64,000 bases of DNA, taken from assembly GCA_964424595.1 (NCBI GenBank), contig CAYRIW010000004.1:9206-73205 (forward strand), in the 5' to 3' direction. The position numbers were made by a program, and so were the translations under genes. The notes beneath the pieces were generated by a model. That model was not told where the DNA came from. It saw only the letters and a list, made by a program, of their open reading frames with translations, and ran no database searches. This DNA is from an uncultured Erysipelotrichaceae bacterium (GTDB taxonomy: Bacteria > Bacillota_I > Bacilli_A > Erysipelotrichales > Erysipelotrichaceae). This document shows, one piece after another, positions 1 to 11,118 of this stretch; positions within the stretch are counted from its first letter, which is position 1, and every line of letters starts with the position of its first letter.

Positions 1-409
1 GTTTAGAGAACAATAACATCATCGCCCCAATAAAGATGAAATAAAGCGCGTACTTCTCAACCTTCAAACCAACTAAGAAAGCTGTTGTGGTTGTCCCAAT
101 ATTCGCACCAAGAATGATACCAACCGCTTGATCTAAGCGCATCAAACCAGCACGAACGAAACCGATGGTGATTGCAGTTGATGCAGAACTGGATTGGACA
201 AGGATGGTTGCTACGATACCAACCAAAACACCCATCCAAACCTTTGTTGTATAACGATCGATAAAATCTCTAAGTTTATCACCTGCATAGGCCTTCAAAC
301 CATCGCCCATGAATTTAATGCCAAATAAGAATAATCCAAATCCGCCAAGAATGGATTGCCAATCCAAATCCGCGAATGTGTACGTTCCGCTCAGTAAGGT
401 TATCATCAT
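1..409 (-). CDS. Na+/phosphate (Na/Pi) cotransporter family protein, N-terminal part; the gene runs off the left edge
   Basis: Manual minus-strand translation from ATG at 409 gives 'MMITLLSGTYTFADLDWQSILGGFGLFLFGIKFMGDGLKAYAGDKLRDFIDRY...VQSSSASTAITIGF...GANIGTTTTAF'. These are typical Na_Pi_cotrans motifs. GGAGG lies 4 nt upstream. It is absent from the ORF track because there is no stop codon inside the window. Confidence 0.8.
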   Translation of the reverse strand, partial: MMITLLSGTYTFADLDWQSILGGFGLFLFGIKFMGDGLKAYAGDKLRDFIDRYTTKVWMGVLVGIVATILVQSSSASTAITIGFVRAGLMRLDQAVGIILGANIGTTTTAFLVGLKVEKYALYFIFIGAMMLLFSK

Positions 410-484
410 AATTCCTCCGCCTCTAATTTTAGCAGAAAATCATGATTTCCTAACTCCAAATTTCGATTTCTCTTCATTTGTGTA

Positions 485-493
485 TGATATAAT
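485..493 (+). promoter_or_regulatory. Extended -10 promoter element (TGATATAAT) for the ybeY operon
   Basis: TGATATAAT at 485-493, with the ybeY ATG at 503 only 9 nt downstream and no Shine-Dalgarno in between. No good -35 was seen. Confidence 0.45.
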
Positions 494-502
494 GAACTCG
501 CT

Positions 503-958
503 ATGATAAATTATCAATTCATTAATCAAAGTTCAGAAAGCTCATGGCTCAATTATCGTCGCTATGTTCAAGCGATTTGTGAACAAACACGTTTGATTCT
601 GAAACTCGACAGAACCTATACATTTTCAATTATTCTAATGGATGAGAAGGATATCCATGTCATTAATCGTGACTATCGTCAAATTGATCGACCAACTGAT
701 GTTATCAGTTTCGCTTCGAACGATGAAGATGCTTTGGTTGTGGGTGGTGAAGAGCTTGAGTTGGGAGATATATTCATTAATATTCATGCCATTCGTTCAC
801 AAGCAGAAGATTATGGTCATAGTTTGAAGCGTGAGTTCAGTTTCTTAGTGACGCATGGCTTATTGCACTTGTTGGGGTATGATCATATGGATAAAAAGGA
901 AGAAGAAGTCATGTTTAAACTTCAAGAGGAAATATTAAGTGAAATTGCACGAAGGTAA
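503..958 (+). CDS. ybeY: Endoribonuclease YbeY (rRNA maturation factor)
   Basis: 151 aa with the zinc motif 'HGLLHLLGYDH'. The conserved ybeY-dgkA-cdd-era context is present. Confidence 0.93.
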   Translation: MINYQFINQSSESSWLNYRRYVQAICEQTRLILKLDRTYTFSIILMDEKDIHVINRDYRQIDRPTDVISFASNDEDALVVGGEELELGDIFINIHAIRSQAEDYGHSLKREFSFLVTHGLLHLLGYDHMDKKEEEVMFKLQEEILSEIARR

Positions 959-1307
959 GGCACTGAATAAACTGATCTTTAAGTTTCAAGTTGCTTTTAA
1001 CGGGTTGATTGAAGGCTTGATCCATGATTTCAGCATTCGCATTCAATTTGTATTTGCAATGTTGGCGATCATCATCGCATTTCTATTCAATTTCACATAT
1101 ATTGAATGGTCGATTTGGCTGCTTTGTATTGCAATCGTCATTAGTTTGGAATATTTAAATAGTTCGATGGAACAGATGATGGATCGTTTGGATCCCAGTT
1201 ATCATGTCTTGACAAAAAAAGCCAAGGATCTTGGTGCCGCATCCGTTCTCGTAAGCGCGCTCGTAAGTTTAATCATTGGTATGATCTTTGTGTTCAACCA
1301 TCTATAG
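939..1307 (+). CDS. dgkA: Diacylglycerol/undecaprenol kinase
   Basis: 122-aa polytopic membrane protein with 'LEYLNSSMEQMMDRLD' and 'AKDLGAASVL' DgkA-type motifs. GTG start overlaps the end of ybeY, preceded by AGAGGAAA. Confidence 0.85.
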   Translation: MKLHEGKALNKLIFKFQVAFNGLIEGLIHDFSIRIQFVFAMLAIIIAFLFNFTYIEWSIWLLCIAIVISLEYLNSSMEQMMDRLDPSYHVLTKKAKDLGAASVLVSALVSLIIGMIFVFNHL

Positions 1308-1319
1308 GAGGAAAAAATC

Positions 1320-1718
1320 ATGCAGAAAGAAGAAGTATTGAAGCTGGCTTTTAAAGCAATGGGGAACGCTTATGCGCCTTATTCTAATTATCATGTTGGA
1401 GCTTGTGTCGTTACCAAAGATGGATCGACATTCCTAGGTGCGAACATTGAGAATGCCTCCTTTGGGGCGACCAACTGTGGCGAACGCAGTGCAATTTTTG
1501 CGGCATACTCAAATGGATACCGCAAAGAAGACATCGAAGCGATCGCAATCGTGACAGATGGTCATCGTATTGGTGCACCATGTGGCATCTGCCGTCAGGT
1601 TTTATCGGAATTGTTAATGGATCAAACACCGATTTATTTATCAAATGGTGTCGATACCGTTGAAAAAACAATCGATGACTTATTACCGATGCGCTTTACC
1701 CAAGAGGATGTTCTATGA
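1320..1718 (+). CDS. cdd: Cytidine deaminase
   Basis: 132 aa with zinc ligand motifs 'CGERSA' and 'PCGICRQ'. RBS is AGGAGG. Confidence 0.93.
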   Translation: MQKEEVLKLAFKAMGNAYAPYSNYHVGACVVTKDGSTFLGANIENASFGATNCGERSAIFAAYSNGYRKEDIEAIAIVTDGHRIGAPCGICRQVLSELLMDQTPIYLSNGVDTVEKTIDDLLPMRFTQEDVL

Positions 1719-2608
1719 GTTTTAAATCCGGTTTTGTGGCTTTGATTGGTCGACCGAATGCGGGTAAGAGCACCTTATTGAATCAAATCTTGAAAAATAA
1801 AGTTGCCATTGTATCCAATAAAGCACAAACAACACGTAATACGATTCGTGGCGTGAAGAATGGTGATGATTATCAAATCGTTTATATCGATACGCCTGGG
1901 ATCCATAAACCACAACACGAATTAGGTCGTCAACTCAATCGTTTAGCGTTTTCAGCACTTGAAGGAGTTGATTTGATCTATTATTTGCTCGATGTGACGA
2001 AACCTTTTGGAAGAGGGGATGAGTTCGTTTTAGATTTATGCAAACGACAAGAATTACCGATCCTTCTAGTTTTGAATAAAATCGACTTGATCACAAAAAA
2101 AGCATTGTTGGAGAAACTTTTAGCGTTTTCTGAAATGAATCTTTTTCAAGAAATCATTCCAGTCAGCGCAAAGAATGATGACAATATTGACCGTTTGATT
2201 GAGGTGAGTTTAAACTTCATCCCTGAGGGAGAAGCCATTTTCAGTGATCCTGAAATGGTTGAATATCCGGAGTACTTCTATATCACTGAAATCATTCGTG
2301 AACATGTCTTGCATCTAACGAATCAAGAAGTGCCTCATTCGGTAGCGGTTGTTTTGGATGATTTCAAAGAAGATAAGAAGGGCATTTTGATTCAAGCCAG
2401 CATCATTGCGGATCGCGATTCACAAAAAGGCATTTTGATTGGTAAGCAAGGTTCGATGTTGGTTGAGATTGGAACGAATGCACGTTTGGAATTAACCAAA
2501 CGATTTAACAAACCTGTATATTTGGATTTAATGGTTAAAGTGGATAAGAATTGGCGGAATATACAGAAGCGTATCAACGCTTATAATAATTGGGATCTTG
2601 ATGAATGA
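1715..2608 (+). CDS. era: GTPase Era
   Basis: G1 'GRPNAGKST', G3 'DTPG', G4 'NKID' and a C-terminal KH domain. ATGA overlap with cdd. Confidence 0.95.
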   Translation: MSFKSGFVALIGRPNAGKSTLLNQILKNKVAIVSNKAQTTRNTIRGVKNGDDYQIVYIDTPGIHKPQHELGRQLNRLAFSALEGVDLIYYLLDVTKPFGRGDEFVLDLCKRQELPILLVLNKIDLITKKALLEKLLAFSEMNLFQEIIPVSAKNDDNIDRLIEVSLNFIPEGEAIFSDPEMVEYPEYFYITEIIREHVLHLTNQEVPHSVAVVLDDFKEDKKGILIQASIIADRDSQKGILIGKQGSMLVEIGTNARLELTKRFNKPVYLDLMVKVDKNWRNIQKRINAYNNWDLDE

Positions 2609-3359
2609 CATCACACGTGTGATTGTATTGAGTCAAAGTGATTATCAAGAAAATGATGCGATCATCAAAGCTTTTTCATATGATTACGGTTTGATGAGTT
2701 TTGTCGCAAAAGGAATTCGTAAGATCAACAGTAAGAATCGAAGCATCTGTATGCCATTTGCGATTTCTGAGTTTCAGTTCAATCTTAAAGAAAGTTCGAG
2801 TTTACAGTCATTGCTTAATGGACAGATCATCGTCACCAATCATAGATTGCACGATGACTTGAGCAAATATGCAATCGCAAGTCTATGGACGGAGCTCTTA
2901 GGGATGAGTCTTGAAGGAGAAAGCGATGAAGCTTTGATTCATGATTTGTTTGAGAACACAATCACACTTTTTAAGTTGATTGAGGAATCTGATAATTACG
3001 CTGCCTTCATCTTGTTTATGTTAGCGAATTTCTTAGATCGTACAGGCTTTGCGCCACATGTGGATTCGTGTGTCGTATGTGATGCGAGCAAGGTAAACAG
3101 TTTATCAATTGAAGAGGGTGGTTTTGTATGCAGTGATTGTCAAATGCATCTGCATACACCGATATTTGAAGTAGAGTTGTTGCGGGACTTCAGACTTGCC
3201 CAAAAAGTAGGTTTTGATAAGTTGAAAGATTATTTGAATTATAAAAAACCACATCCAGACTGTGTCAAATGGATGATTCAATTCTTTGAATATCACATTG
3301 GAACATCACTTAAAGCGTGGGAATTTATGCATAAATGGTCTATAATAGAAGAGTTATAG
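2601..3359 (+). CDS. recO: DNA repair protein RecO
   Basis: ~252 aa with the zinc-finger-like 'CVVCDA...CSDC' and a position after era. The ATG at 2601 is preferred over the TTG at 2598. Confidence 0.88.
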   Translation: MNDITRVIVLSQSDYQENDAIIKAFSYDYGLMSFVAKGIRKINSKNRSICMPFAISEFQFNLKESSSLQSLLNGQIIVTNHRLHDDLSKYAIASLWTELLGMSLEGESDEALIHDLFENTITLFKLIEESDNYAAFILFMLANFLDRTGFAPHVDSCVVCDASKVNSLSIEEGGFVCSDCQMHLHTPIFEVELLRDFRLAQKVGFDKLKDYLNYKKPHPDCVKWMIQFFEYHIGTSLKAWEFMHKWSIIEEL

Positions 3360-3368
3360 GAGAGTAAA

Positions 3369-4739
3369 ATGGACATCAAATTTGAGACAATCGTCAATCA
3401 TGCTAAAAGTAGTGGTTTTGTTTATCAAGGTTCTGAAATTTATGGTGGTTTAGCCAATACTTGGGATTTTGGACCTTTAGGGACCTTGCTCAAAGAAAAC
3501 ATCAAGAACGCTTGGCGCCTAAAATTCATTCAAGAAAGTTCACATAACGTTGAAATCCAATCAGCGATTTTGATGAATCCAAAAGTATGGCAAGCAAGTG
3601 GCCATTTGGCAACATTCAGTGATCCTCTAATGGATTGTAAAAAGTGTAAGACACGTCATCGTGCCGATAAGCTGATCGATGCCTTCATGGAAGGCAAAGT
3701 CAATGCTTCGACCATGACGCAAACCGAAATGCAAGTTTTCATCAAAGAAAACAACATTGCTTGCCCAAATTGTGGCGCGCACGATTTCACAGATATCCGT
3801 CAATTCAATTTAATGTTTAAGACATTTCAGGGTGTTGTGGAAGATGCGAAAAATGCGATTTATTTGCGTCCTGAGACAGCGCAAGGGATGTTTGTCAATT
3901 TCAAGAACGTACAACGTACAAGTCGTAAAAAGGTACCTTTTGGAATTGGACAGATTGGGAAATCATTCCGTAATGAAATCACGCCGGGTAACTTCATATT
4001 TAGAACACGTGAGTTTGAACAAATGGAACTGGAATTCTTCTGCAAGCCAGGCACGGATATGGAATGGTACGGGTATTGGAAAGATTTCTGCATGAACTGG
4101 TTGACCAGTTTGAATGTCAAAGTAGAGAATCTTCAATTACGGGAACATGATCCCGAAGAACTCTCCCATTATTCAACTGGTACCAGTGACATCGAGTATC
4201 GTTTTCCTTGGGGATTTGATGAAATCTGGGGGATTGCGGATCGTACGGACTATGACTTGAAGCAACATCAATCGCATTCTGGTTCGAATATGGAGTATTT
4301 GGATCCTGCCACCAATGAGCGTTATATTCCTTATTGTGTTGAACCCGCTGTTGGGATCGAACGCTTGTTCTTGACGTTTTTAACGGATGCGTATGAAGAA
4401 GAAACGTTGGAAAAAGATACACGTGTCGTTTTACATCTCCATCCATATCTTGCGCCTTATAAAGCATGCATCATGCCTTTGAGCAAACAACTTTCTGAGC
4501 AGGCAGATGCGATCTATGCTCAACTGGCTAAATCGTTCATGGTTGAATATGATGAAGCGGGCAGTATTGGAAAACGTTATCGTAGACAAGACGCGATTGG
4601 TACGCCATTCTGCATCACGGTCGATTTTGATACGGCAAATGATCAAAAAGTAACAGTTCGTCATCGCGATACAATGAGTCAGGAACGAGTCGCAATTGCG
4701 GATCTAACGGAATACATTAAGCAAGCAGTCCAATTCTAA
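3369..4739 (+). CDS. glyQS: Glycine--tRNA ligase (homodimeric GlyQS type)
   Basis: 456-aa class II aaRS with 'YLRPETAQG' and '[15 protein letters not shown]'. Conserved position before dnaG. No leader or T-box lies upstream; the gap after recO is only 9 nt. Confidence 0.95.
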   Translation: MDIKFETIVNHAKSSGFVYQGSEIYGGLANTWDFGPLGTLLKENIKNAWRLKFIQESSHNVEIQSAILMNPKVWQASGHLATFSDPLMDCKKCKTRHRADKLIDAFMEGKVNASTMTQTEMQVFIKENNIACPNCGAHDFTDIRQFNLMFKTFQGVVEDAKNAIYLRPETAQGMFVNFKNVQRTSRKKVPFGIGQIGKSFRNEITPGNFIFRTREFEQMELEFFCKPGTDMEWYGYWKDFCMNWLTSLNVKVENLQLREHDPEELSHYSTGTSDIEYRFPWGFDEIWGIADRTDYDLKQHQSHSGSNMEYLDPATNERYIPYCVEPAVGIERLFLTFLTDAYEEETLEKDTRVVLHLHPYLAPYKACIMPLSKQLSEQADAIYAQLAKSFMVEYDEAGSIGKRYRRQDAIGTPFCITVDFDTANDQKVTVRHRDTMSQERVAIADLTEYIKQAVQF

Positions 4740-4740
4740 T

Positions 4741-6516
4741 ATGCATGAATCCTTGATTCAAGAAATACGTAGTAAAGCGGATATTGTTCAAATCATTCAG
4801 AATTATCTTCCGCTGATTAAAAAGGGCAAAAACTTTGTTGGTGTTTGTCCTTTTCATGACGATCATGATCCATCGATGTCGGTTTCACAAGATAAGCAAA
4901 TTTTTAAGTGCTTCGTTTGTGGTGCAGGTGGAAATGTCTTCAACTTCGTAAAGGATTTTGAGCAGATTCCATTCCCACAAGCGATTTTGAAAGTTGCACA
5001 ACTTGCGAACATCGTTGTTGAGGAACAATACCTTGAGCGTCAGACTGTATCGGATGCCAAACATAAACAATTATTTGATGTCTTGGCGGAGTATGTCCGT
5101 TATGCGCATTACATTTTAAATACAACGGATGGGCAGGTCGCGCGTGATTATCTAATGAAGCGAGGATTGGATGAGTCCGTCATCGATAAGTTTGAACTGG
5201 GCTATAATCTGGACCAAGATCAAGCAACACGTTTTTTGCTGGCTAAGGGTCATTCTCTTGAACATTGTGTCAAAGCTAATTTAACGCGAACAAATGAGTA
5301 CGGAAATAAGGATGTCTTTGCGAAACGCATCGTCTATCCGATTCATAGTCCAGATGGCAAACCCATAGCATTTACAGCACGGACCCTGGATCCCAATGAG
5401 AATAGCAAATACATCAACTCAACCGAAACCGAACTTTATGTCAAAGGTCAGGTTCTCTACAATTATCATCGAGCTCTAAGATCCATCAAGCTCAAGAAGG
5501 AAATGATTGTTGTGGAAGGGGTCATGGATGTGATTGCTTTGGATCGAGTCGGCATCGAAAATGTCGTCGCAACCTTAGGCACCGCTTGCACAAAAGAACA
5601 GATACGATTGATGCAAAGCGCTACAAATAATGTCACGGTCTGTTATGACAGTGATGAAGCAGGGCAGAGTGCTAGTTTGCGCTTAGCCCGCTTATTATTA
5701 GCGGCCCGTATGAATGTGCAGATCGTACGTAATACCAGTGGTTTGGATTTGGATGAAATCATAGAGAAACAATCGAAGGCAAACTTGCAAGCTTTGATGG
5801 AACACAAACTTTCTTATCTTGATTTCTTCTTTGAATACAGTCTGCGTCGCTTAGATCTTGCAAATTTCAACCAACGTAAAGAATTCGCAAAACTAATCAT
5901 GCACGAAAGCAATCAACTAAAAGATCGCTTTGATCAAGCTTTGATGATTGATCGCTTAGCACAAGCCACTCAGTTCACACCGGATCAATTGCGACTCCTT
6001 GTTCAAGCACAGACGACAAGTACAAGCAAGCTTGCTCAACGTCCACTTTTAAAGAATAAGTTGGAGTTGACAACCTGGGCAGAGAAAGAAATCCTTGGCC
6101 AGATGCTCTTCAGTCAACAAGCTGCTTTAGATTTTAGACAAGAATTAGGCTTTTTTGCGGATCCAAGTTACCAGAAATTAGCTCTAACCATTATAAATTA
6201 CTATCGAAGTCATGAAGAATGCGTAATTGCGGACTTCATTAGTACACTCGAAGACGCAAGCATGATAGAATTAGTTACACAGATTGTAGATAGTGAGATC
6301 TATTTTCGTGCGTATTCAAGCGAGGCTTTGCATGATGCAATCCTTCGTGTTAAGATTAACAATCTTGATCGACAACTTGAACTGTTCAAACAGAAATACA
6401 GCGATGAACTCGCATTTCAAACAAACATGGAACGGATTCAAGAATATCAATCATTACTAAAGCAGAAGCGAGAATTGGTTCAATTGAGAGGAGTAGACAG
6501 ACATGGCAAACATTAA
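4741..6516 (+). CDS. dnaG: DNA primase
   Basis: Zinc finger '[10 protein letters not shown]...CFVCGAGG', a TOPRIM segment '[11 protein letters not shown] ... CYDSDEAG', and position upstream of sigA. Confidence 0.95.
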   Translation: MHESLIQEIRSKADIVQIIQNYLPLIKKGKNFVGVCPFHDDHDPSMSVSQDKQIFKCFVCGAGGNVFNFVKDFEQIPFPQAILKVAQLANIVVEEQYLERQTVSDAKHKQLFDVLAEYVRYAHYILNTTDGQVARDYLMKRGLDESVIDKFELGYNLDQDQATRFLLAKGHSLEHCVKANLTRTNEYGNKDVFAKRIVYPIHSPDGKPIAFTARTLDPNENSKYINSTETELYVKGQVLYNYHRALRSIKLKKEMIVVEGVMDVIALDRVGIENVVATLGTACTKEQIRLMQSATNNVTVCYDSDEAGQSASLRLARLLLAARMNVQIVRNTSGLDLDEIIEKQSKANLQALMEHKLSYLDFFFEYSLRRLDLANFNQRKEFAKLIMHESNQLKDRFDQALMIDRLAQATQFTPDQLRLLVQAQTTSTSKLAQRPLLKNKLELTTWAEKEILGQMLFSQQAALDFRQELGFFADPSYQKLALTIINYYRSHEECVIADFISTLEDASMIELVTQIVDSEIYFRAYSSEALHDAILRVKINNLDRQLELFKQKYSDELAFQTNMERIQEYQSLLKQKRELVQLRGVDRHGKH

Positions 6517-8122
6517 AACGCTCGATGAGTTAAAAAAAGAATTACAAAGTAAATTTAAGAAGAAGGGTGTTCTAACCCAAGATGATGTGGATAAAGAACT
6601 TTCCATTTATGATTTGAACGACAGTGAGGCAACAGAATTTATTGATTCACTATTAGGGATGGGTGTTAAGCTCAGTGATGAAGTCGTCATTGAAGAAGAT
6701 GTCGATTTAACGGACAACGCTTTGGTTGTGGAAGATATTGAGATGAAGGATGATTTTGTAGATGATGAGGATGAAGAAGTTGAGGAAGAAAGCTATTCCG
6801 CAAACTATGCATCTTCGAATCAAGCTCGAGTCAATGATCCTGTCAAACAATATTTGAAGGAAATTGGTCGTGTTGATTTGTTGACATCAAGTTTGGAAAC
6901 AAAGTATGCGATCGACATAAAAGAAGGTTTGGTTGTATTCAATCGTTTTAAACTTGTCTTTAACAATTGGTTGACTCTGACTAATTTGGAAGAAAAGACG
7001 TTTGCGGAGGCCAGTGCAGCTGTAAGTCTTGATTTTGAGTTGCATGCGAAGTTGAATGAAAATGAGGGTACGATTTTTGATACGCTTATCTTTATCATTA
7101 CACAACGCTTAAAAACGTTGATGTTTAGAAAAGATGCGTTCATGAAAGAAATCGAAGCCTTCAAGTCGTTTGAAGATTACGATCAGATTCAAGATAACAT
7201 GACCGCGGTCCAGATTTATCGTATGTTGGCTAAGGATTATCCACAACTTGCAAACTTAGCGCATGATTTCAAAGCTGACTTGGAACCTTATCGCGTCTTT
7301 GCATTTAAGAATTTCATGTATTGCTTTACACATCATTTCAACGAGTTGACAGATACCTTTGAAGAAGATTTAAAAATCATTGATAAGGGAGATTTTGCTA
7401 AACAAGAACTGATTTCTGCGAACCTTCGTTTGGTCGTATCCATTGCCAAGAAATATGTTGGACGAGGCATGTTGTTCTTGGACTTGATTCAAGAAGGCAA
7501 TATGGGCTTGGTCAAAGCTGTTGAGAAGTTCGATCATACGAAAGGCTTTAAGTTCTCGACCTATGCGACATGGTGGATTCGTCAAGCCATCACCCGTGCG
7601 ATTGCCGATCAGGCACGTACGATTCGTATCCCAGTACATATGGTTGAAACCATTAATAAGTTGACGCGCATTCAAAGACAATTGGTACAGGACCTCGGTC
7701 GTGACCCAAGTGCTGAAGAGATTGCGGCGAAGATGGAAAACATCACACCTGAAAAAGTACGCGAGATCCAGAAGATCGCATTGGAACCCGTGTCTTTGGA
7801 AACACCGATTGGTGAAGAAGATGATTCCCATTTGGGTGATTTCATTGAAGATAAAGATGCGATGTCACCGGATGAGTATGCGAACAATCAGCTCTTGAAA
7901 GATGAAATAAACAATATCCTGCAAGGTTTGACTGAACGTGAAGAAAAAGTACTTCGTTTGCGTTTTGGCCTCTACGATGGCCGTACACGCACGCTGGAAG
8001 AAGTTGGCAAAGAGTTTGATGTCACACGTGAGCGTATTCGTCAGATTGAAGCCAAAGCTTTGCGTAAATTAAAACATCCAACACGTTCAAAACGTTTGAA
8101 AGACTTTAACGACAAGATCTAA
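6503..8122 (+). CDS. sigA: Primary RNA polymerase sigma factor SigA/RpoD, unusually long at 539 aa
   Basis: Region 1.2 '[18 protein letters not shown]', region 2 '[39 protein letters not shown]...[27 protein letters not shown]', region 4 '[27 protein letters not shown]'. Confidence 0.96.
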   Translation: MANIKTLDELKKELQSKFKKKGVLTQDDVDKELSIYDLNDSEATEFIDSLLGMGVKLSDEVVIEEDVDLTDNALVVEDIEMKDDFVDDEDEEVEEESYSANYASSNQARVNDPVKQYLKEIGRVDLLTSSLETKYAIDIKEGLVVFNRFKLVFNNWLTLTNLEEKTFAEASAAVSLDFELHAKLNENEGTIFDTLIFIITQRLKTLMFRKDAFMKEIEAFKSFEDYDQIQDNMTAVQIYRMLAKDYPQLANLAHDFKADLEPYRVFAFKNFMYCFTHHFNELTDTFEEDLKIIDKGDFAKQELISANLRLVVSIAKKYVGRGMLFLDLIQEGNMGLVKAVEKFDHTKGFKFSTYATWWIRQAITRAIADQARTIRIPVHMVETINKLTRIQRQLVQDLGRDPSAEEIAAKMENITPEKVREIQKIALEPVSLETPIGEEDDSHLGDFIEDKDAMSPDEYANNQLLKDEINNILQGLTEREEKVLRLRFGLYDGRTRTLEEVGKEFDVTRERIRQIEAKALRKLKHPTRSKRLKDFNDKI

Positions 8123-8784
8123 TGCTTAACATAAGATTACGCCATATCGCTAAAATGATTGAGCCATGTGAAGTCCTGATTGATATCGGGAGTGATCATG
8201 GCTTTTTACCATTATCACTCTTAAAAATGAAAATTATACAGAATGCGATCATCTGCGACATCAATGCATTGCCCTTACAATCCGCAATCAAAAATGCACG
8301 TGAAGCGCAGTTGGAAGAGTATTGTACCTTTATCCAATCCAATGGCTTACAAAACTATAAAGATCCTGTGGATACGGCTGTGATTGCGGGTATGGGTTAT
8401 GAAACGATTGCACAGATCATCAAACAAGACATCGAACGATTTTGCTTGATTGATCAGATCATTCTTCAGTCCAATACACATCTTGATAAACTAAGAGCCT
8501 TTTTGATGGAAAACAAATTTGCAATTGTTAATGAAGAGCTTGTTAAAGATCGTAAGCATTTTTATGTCATCATGAAGGTGAAATATAACTCAATTGGAGT
8601 CGATTATGATGATTCTGATTTATGGATCGGTCCTGTACTTAAATCGCGTAAAGATGATTTAATGCACGCGTACCTATTGCATCTCTTTCGCATAGAAGCT
8701 AATGTTCTCAAAGGGCAAAAAAAAGAATCTTCAAAGAAGATTCAAGTAATACAAGCTCATTTGGATGTCATACAAACATTTTGA
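8122..8784 (+). CDS. trmK: tRNA (adenine22-N1)-methyltransferase TrmK-like
   Basis: 220 aa with the SAM-binding start 'DIGSDHGFLP'. TAATG overlap with sigA. Same neighbourhood as B. subtilis yqfN. Confidence 0.8.
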   Translation: MLNIRLRHIAKMIEPCEVLIDIGSDHGFLPLSLLKMKIIQNAIICDINALPLQSAIKNAREAQLEEYCTFIQSNGLQNYKDPVDTAVIAGMGYETIAQIIKQDIERFCLIDQIILQSNTHLDKLRAFLMENKFAIVNEELVKDRKHFYVIMKVKYNSIGVDYDDSDLWIGPVLKSRKDDLMHAYLLHLFRIEANVLKGQKKESSKKIQVIQAHLDVIQTF

Positions 8785-9682
8785 TGGCTTTAACCGCTTC
8801 AAGCGGATCCATACCATCACGAATGGCATTGCAATACGCAATGACTTGGTTGACTAAATATGACGGGGTTGAAGCTCCGGCTGTAATCGCAAGCCGATTG
8901 AATGTTGCAAAGGGGAGTTCTATCAAGTCACGATATGTTTCAATTTGATAAACCAACGGAATGCCTTTGTTTGAACCGATTTTAGCCAACATCCGTGTGT
9001 TGTTTGATTTTGGATCACCAATGACAATCAAAGCATCAATGTTTTCCAGTTTCAAGATGGCTTCTTGGCGCATGCGTGTCGCACTGCAGATTTCGTCACT
9101 GATGATGGCATGCGGATATTTTTCTTTGATCGCATCCAGTAAAACTTTAATATCCAATATACTCATGGTGGTTTGATTGGTCACAAAGATTTTTGGGTGA
9201 TGGATCGTTAGACGATGAATCGCATCCAAATCCTTGATAAATGTGATGTTTTGATGATCCATATCACAAATTGCTTCAGCTTCTGGATGATTTTCTTGAC
9301 CAATGTATAATATGTGATAAACTTCATCGAGGTATGTTTGAATTAAGTTTTGTGTCGAGATAACATCTTCACAACTTGCGTCTACTGTGATCAAGCCTTT
9401 GGCTTGAGCTTTCTGGACGACATTTGAACTGATGCCGTGGGCTGAGAAGATGACGACACCTTCGTTAACTTGATCCAAGAGATCCATTCTGGACTTACCT
9501 TTGGATTCAACTGTTTCGACACGATGGTCTTTCATGGCTTCTACAACAAAGCGATTGTGGACCAATTCACCAAGTATGGTTATTTTTTGGTCCGGATATT
9601 TCTTCGCAGTTTCTTTAGCGATTTGAATCGCTTTAACAACACCTTTGCAGAAACCGCGTGGATTTACTGTAATGATTTCCAT
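8768..9682 (-). CDS. ispH: 4-hydroxy-3-methylbut-2-enyl diphosphate reductase (MEP pathway)
   Basis: 304 aa with N-terminal 'PRGFCKGVVKAI' and a LytB-type three-Cys architecture. 3' end overlaps trmK convergently. Confidence 0.92.
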   Translation of the reverse strand: MEIITVNPRGFCKGVVKAIQIAKETAKKYPDQKITILGELVHNRFVVEAMKDHRVETVESKGKSRMDLLDQVNEGVVIFSAHGISSNVVQKAQAKGLITVDASCEDVISTQNLIQTYLDEVYHILYIGQENHPEAEAICDMDHQNITFIKDLDAIHRLTIHHPKIFVTNQTTMSILDIKVLLDAIKEKYPHAIISDEICSATRMRQEAILKLENIDALIVIGDPKSNNTRMLAKIGSNKGIPLVYQIETYRDLIELPFATFNRLAITAGASTPSYLVNQVIAYCNAIRDGMDPLEAVKAIKMFV

Positions 9683-9756
9683 TTTTCACCTCCACGTTAT
9701 CATACCATACTTTTAAAATAGTGTTGAAAACACTATAATGTCACTGAGGTAGCAAT

Positions 9757-11118
9757 ATGACGATAAGACAAGATGAACGTTTAAATAATTTTTTTACTGA
9801 TCAAGGATTCAAATTTGAAACCGAGATTCAGAAACAAGCTTTTCCCCATATCTTGAAAGGTAAAGATGTCATCGCCATTTCCAAAACTGGAACAGGCAAG
9901 ACCTTAGCCTATTTGATGCCTCTCTTCGCACGAATCAATGTATATGAGAATCGCATTCAAGCTGTCGTTCTCGCTCCGACACAAGAGTTGAGTCAACAAA
10001 TTTATCAAGTTGCTAAGAAGCTAACGAAGTATTTTCCGGGTGTGCGCTTGTTGCGTGCAACAAAAGGCGAAGATCGCCGTAAGTTTGAGAAAGAAGCGGA
10101 CCATCATGCGCATCTCATCATCGGGACGGTAGGTAAACTGAAATCCCTCTTTTTGGATGATAACTTGCTTCGTTTGGATCAAACAAACATGTTGGTCATC
10201 GATGAAGCCGATATGATGTTGGATACGACCAATTTAACTGAAATCGATCAATTGGCAGGTCGGATGGCTCAACAATTACAAATGCTCGTCTTTAGTGCGA
10301 CCATCCCTGATAATATGAATGCATTCATGCGTTCTTACATGCATCAACCTAAGTTGATTAAAATTGAAGAAGATGTGAAATTCGATCCTCGTTTGGAGCA
10401 CGTCTTGATTCCTTTCAAGAGTGAATCCTATGACATCGTCTTTAAACTCTTGCCCCATATCAATCCTTCTTTATGTTTGATTTTCGTAGAACACCATGAT
10501 CAGCTCTTGAAGCTTAGTAAACAGTTCAATGAACAAGGCATCCGCCATTTGTTAATTTCTGGAAAAATGAGTGCACGTGAACGAAACCAAGTCTTGAAAC
10601 AAGTTCATGAGGGTTCATTTGTTTATGTGTTATCCAGTGATGTGGCTGCCAGAGGTTTGGATCTTGAAAACTTGAGTGATGTCATCTCACTCGGGATGCC
10701 AAGCGATTTGAGCTTCTATACGCATCGTGCAGGCCGTACGGGACGCGCAGGTCGCAGTGGACGCGTATTTGCTTTCTACTTTGAAAAAGATCTGCCTAAG
10801 GTCAGACAACTCATAAAGAATGGCATCGTGTTCAATTATAAGGCACTGACTAAGAATGGTTTGCGTGAAATGAAGGAACTTGATTACCAACACAAACGTA
10901 GAGCAAGTGAGTTGGATATTGAAATCCACAAGATTGTAAAATCAAGACCGAAAGAAGTCAAACCAGGCTATAAGAAAAAGATGACGGCTGAAATTGAACA
11001 GCTTAAACGCAAACGTAAACGCGATATGATTCAAAAGAGCATCAAAGAGCAACATAAGCTCAAATCAAAGCTCAAACAAATTGAAAAGCGCTCTGAATCA
11101 AACAAGGATCATGACTGA
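9757..11118 (+). CDS. cshB: DEAD-box ATP-dependent RNA helicase with a Lys-rich C-terminal tail
   Basis: Motif I 'SKTGTGKT', II 'VIDEAD', III 'SAT', VI 'HRAGRTGRAG'. The symbol is inferred only from synteny with B. subtilis ispH-yqfQ-cshB. Confidence 0.85.
   Translation: MTIRQDERLNNFFTDQGFKFETEIQKQAFPHILKGKDVIAISKTGTGKTLAYLMPLFARINVYENRIQAVVLAPTQELSQQIYQVAKKLTKYFPGVRLLRATKGEDRRKFEKEADHHAHLIIGTVGKLKSLFLDDNLLRLDQTNMLVIDEADMMLDTTNLTEIDQLAGRMAQQLQMLVFSATIPDNMNAFMRSYMHQPKLIKIEEDVKFDPRLEHVLIPFKSESYDIVFKLLPHINPSLCLIFVEHHDQLLKLSKQFNEQGIRHLLISGKMSARERNQVLKQVHEGSFVYVLSSDVAARGLDLENLSDVISLGMPSDLSFYTHRAGRTGRAGRSGRVFAFYFEKDLPKVRQLIKNGIVFNYKALTKNGLREMKELDYQHKRRASELDIEIHKIVKSRPKEVKPGYKKKMTAEIEQLKRKRKRDMIQKSIKEQHKLKSKLKQIEKRSESNKDHD

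Noticed and set aside
309-506. 65-aa plus-strand ORF, and 57..239 minus-strand ORF, at the left edge
   Set aside because: Both lie inside or antisense to a much better reading frame: the minus-strand Na/Pi cotransporter N-terminus ending at ATG 409, which has an RBS and family motifs. Their translations are low-complexity or Cys/Trp-rich with no RBS.
7370-7831. 153-aa antisense ORF inside sigA (also 6820..7164 and 6887..7105 antisense to the sigA insert)
   Set aside because: They lie opposite a strongly conserved coding frame, with no RBS or promoter. Such long antisense frames are a common by-product of codon bias. The plus-strand frame stays open and in register with conserved sigma regions on both sides.
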